Shown: piece by piece, positions 62,261 to 64,000 of the stretch
Numbering within the stretch: the stretch's first letter is position 1
Layout: each line of letters starts with the position of its first letter
Source: an uncultured Myxococcales bacterium
GTDB taxonomy: Bacteria > Myxococcota_A > Polyangia > Polyangiales > Polyangiaceae
Reading direction: 5' to 3'
NCBI GenBank assembly: GCA_937998045.1
Contig: CALKVG010000666.1
Location: 314 to 64,313 of the forward strand
DNA length: 64,000 bases
Program-made: the position numbers and the translations under genes
The notes under the pieces: generated by a model
Seen by the model: the letters and a program-made list of their open reading frames with translations, nothing else
Told to the model about the DNA's origin: nothing
Databases searched by the model: none

Positions 62261-64000
62261 ATGGATCGCAACTCGGTCACTCGCTGGATCCTCATCGCGG
62301 CCATCTTCTTCGGTGGCTACTGGTTCTTCTTCGGGCGCAAGGCCAGCGAGCACCACCAGGCGCTCCCCCCCGAGGCGTACGTCGATGCTCCCGGCTTCGC
62401 CCCCGACGTGATCGACACCGTCCCGGGGCAGCCTGCCCCCCCGCCTCCAGCAGAAGGCGACATCTGCACGATCGCGGGCATTCGTTACGAAGCCGACCTG
62501 TCGAGCCGCGGCGCCGGCCTGACCCACTTTCGGCTGACCGACCCGAGCTACGCGAACAGCGACGCGCGCGACATGTCGACGACACCCGACATCGAGCGCT
62601 GGCGCAACCTGCGCACGCTGTTCCGCACGCCCGGAAGCGCGCCGTCGCCCGACGACCAGGTCGCCTACGATCGTTTCAACTGGCAGCTCGAACGCCTCGG
62701 CGACAAAGGCTGCCGATTCACGTACGAGAAGCCGGAGCGCGTTCGCATCGTCAAGACATTCACCGCGGGGACGCGCCCTTTCGAGATCGACGTCGAAACG
62801 ACCATCACCAACCTGGCCGATTCCCCGAAGAACCATGTCGCGTCGATCGAGGCGTTCGCTTACCGGACCAACGCCGAGGTCAAGGGAAGGCTCGGTCGCG
62901 TGTCGCCCTTCCAGACCAACCTGGAGTGCGCACGCGACGACGAAGTGAAGCGCCTGAACAAGAACGCGAACGAGTTCAATAGCGACTGGTTCTCCGAACC
63001 GCTCGTCGACCGATACGCGGCCATCGCGAACTACTACTTCGCGCAGGCGCTCGTCCCGCTCGACCTGAGCGCCGCCGAGGGCGGGAGCAAGCCGTCCTGC
63101 GACCTCCTCGACGAGCAGTGGTTCAGCGGCGCGCAGAAGCCCGACGACGAGCAGGCGGGCGACGTGTACAAGGCGCGCCTCACCTACCCCGCGCGCCAGC
63201 TCGGGCCGAAGGAGTCGGCGAGCTACCGGCAGATCGCCTTCTTCGGGCCGAAGGAGCGAAACGTGCTCCTGCGCGCCGCCGGCGGCAAGCCGCGCCTGCA
63301 GGATCTCATCAACCTCGGCACCTTCTCGTTCGTCGCGAAGTTCCTCGTGTCGGTCATCACGTGGATCCACGCGCACATCACGATGCAGAGCTGGGGCCTC
63401 GCGATCATCGTCCTGACGCTCGGCCTGCGCACCGTGCTCTTCCCGCTCACGTGGAAGCAGATCCAGAGCGCGGTGGCGATGCGCCGCCTCAAGCCGGAGA
63501 TCGACGCCCTGAACGCGAAGTTCAAGGACGACGCGCAGGCGAAGAACCTGGCGATGATGGAGCTCTGGCGCAAGCACAAGGTCAACCCGCTCGGCGGGTG
63601 CGTGCCGGCGCTCGTGCAGATGCCGATCTGGTTCGCGCTCTACGCGACGTTGCAGACCGCCGTCGAGTTCTATCACACGAGGTTTCTGTGGTTTTCGGAC
63701 CTGTCGGCCCCGGATAAGTACTTCATCCTGCCTCTCGTGCTCGGCGTGGCGATGATCGTGCAGCAGCGCATCGTGCCGCAGCAGGGAATGGATCCCGTTC
63801 AGCAGAAGATGATGACGTGGCTGATGCCGGGCATCTTCACGGTGATGATGCTCTTTTTGCCGGCGGCGCTCGGGGTCTACATGCTGACGAACAGCCTCCT
63901 CGGCATCACGCAGCAGCTCGTCGTCGAGAAGCTGTTCCCACGCGCAGGAGCGCCGCCCGAAGGGCCGGGCGCGCCCGCGCCCGCGAAGGCGGGCGACATC
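62261..64000 (+). CDS. yidC: membrane protein insertase YidC (3' end beyond the window)
   Basis: Read by hand; absent from the ORF track because there is no stop in the window. MDRNSVTRWILIAAIFFGGYWFFFG..., later WGLAIIVLTLGLRTVLFPLTWKQ, LKPEIDALNAKFKDD, KVNPLGGCVPALVQMPIWFALY. Frame open to 64000. Confidence 0.9.
   Translation, partial: MDRNSVTRWILIAAIFFGGYWFFFGRKASEHHQALPPEAYVDAPGFAPDVIDTVPGQPAPPPPAEGDICTIAGIRYEADLSSRGAGLTHFRLTDPSYANSDARDMSTTPDIERWRNLRTLFRTPGSAPSPDDQVAYDRFNWQLERLGDKGCRFTYEKPERVRIVKTFTAGTRPFEIDVETTITNLADSPKNHVASIEAFAYRTNAEVKGRLGRVSPFQTNLECARDDEVKRLNKNANEFNSDWFSEPLVDRYAAIANYYFAQALVPLDLSAAEGGSKPSCDLLDEQWFSGAQKPDDEQAGDVYKARLTYPARQLGPKESASYRQIAFFGPKERNVLLRAAGGKPRLQDLINLGTFSFVAKFLVSVITWIHAHITMQSWGLAIIVLTLGLRTVLFPLTWKQIQSAVAMRRLKPEIDALNAKFKDDAQAKNLAMMELWRKHKVNPLGGCVPALVQMPIWFALYATLQTAVEFYHTRFLWFSDLSAPDKYFILPLVLGVAMIVQQRIVPQQGMDPVQQKMMTWLMPGIFTVMMLFLPAALGVYMLTNSLLGITQQLVVEKLFPRAGAPPEGPGAPAPAKAGDI

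Overview
Very GC-rich chromosomal segment (about 70% G+C by eye; long spurious ORFs in all six frames). Gene content looks like Myxococcota, Polyangia-like: TSP3-OmpA proteins, FHA and Ser/Thr-kinase-like proteins, multiple Che-like and PAS/GAF two-component genes, and a ZnR-GYF GltJ/AgmX-like protein. All family calls come from motifs read by eye in the translations; no searches were run. I support about 55 protein-coding genes and see no rRNA, tRNA, CRISPR array, transposase, integrase or phage genes. Main blocks: (1) 0.3-11.8 kb: rhomboid protease, two sensor kinases (one frameshifted), a phosphotransferase/acyl-CoA dehydrogenase pair, an MFS transporter, a 42-bp x7 tandem repeat array, a hydrolase, an FNR-like reductase and a THUMP RNA methyltransferase. 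(2) 12-22.9 kb: membrane pseudokinase, SDR, GT2 glycosyltransferase with a divergent DUF4091-like protein, aminotransferase, aldo/keto reductase and peroxiredoxin. (3) 23-32.5 kb, minus strand: Cys-rich outer-membrane candidate, TSP3-OmpA, DUF4398-like lipoprotein, lexA with a clear SOS-box promoter, triheme cytochrome, cNMP-binding protein, trxB and a sensor-like membrane protein pair. (4) 34.5-47.2 kb: one long minus-strand array, cheY-cheA-cheW-cheW-HEAT repeat protein-cheR-cheB-ruvB-(receiver|GAF-PAS-PAS-HisKA, frameshifted)-histidine kinase, with no MCP gene anywhere in the window. (5) 47.2-60.8 kb: envelope-spanning proteins with cytoplasmic FHA, zinc-ribbon and GYF modules, interleaved with two more TSP3-OmpA paralogues, an AAC(3)-like acetyltransferase and a CAP-domain protein. 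(6) 61.2-64 kb: rpmH-rnpA-yidD-yidC (yidC runs off the end). The most notable items are the receptor-less Che operon with a HEAT protein, the phased palindrome-bearing 42-bp array, a small hairpin repeat found both intergenically and in frame inside a CDS, a GltJ-like orphan sharing its C-terminal module with a pseudokinase, and two homopolymer frameshifts, both in signalling genes. I found no classical defence or mobile system.
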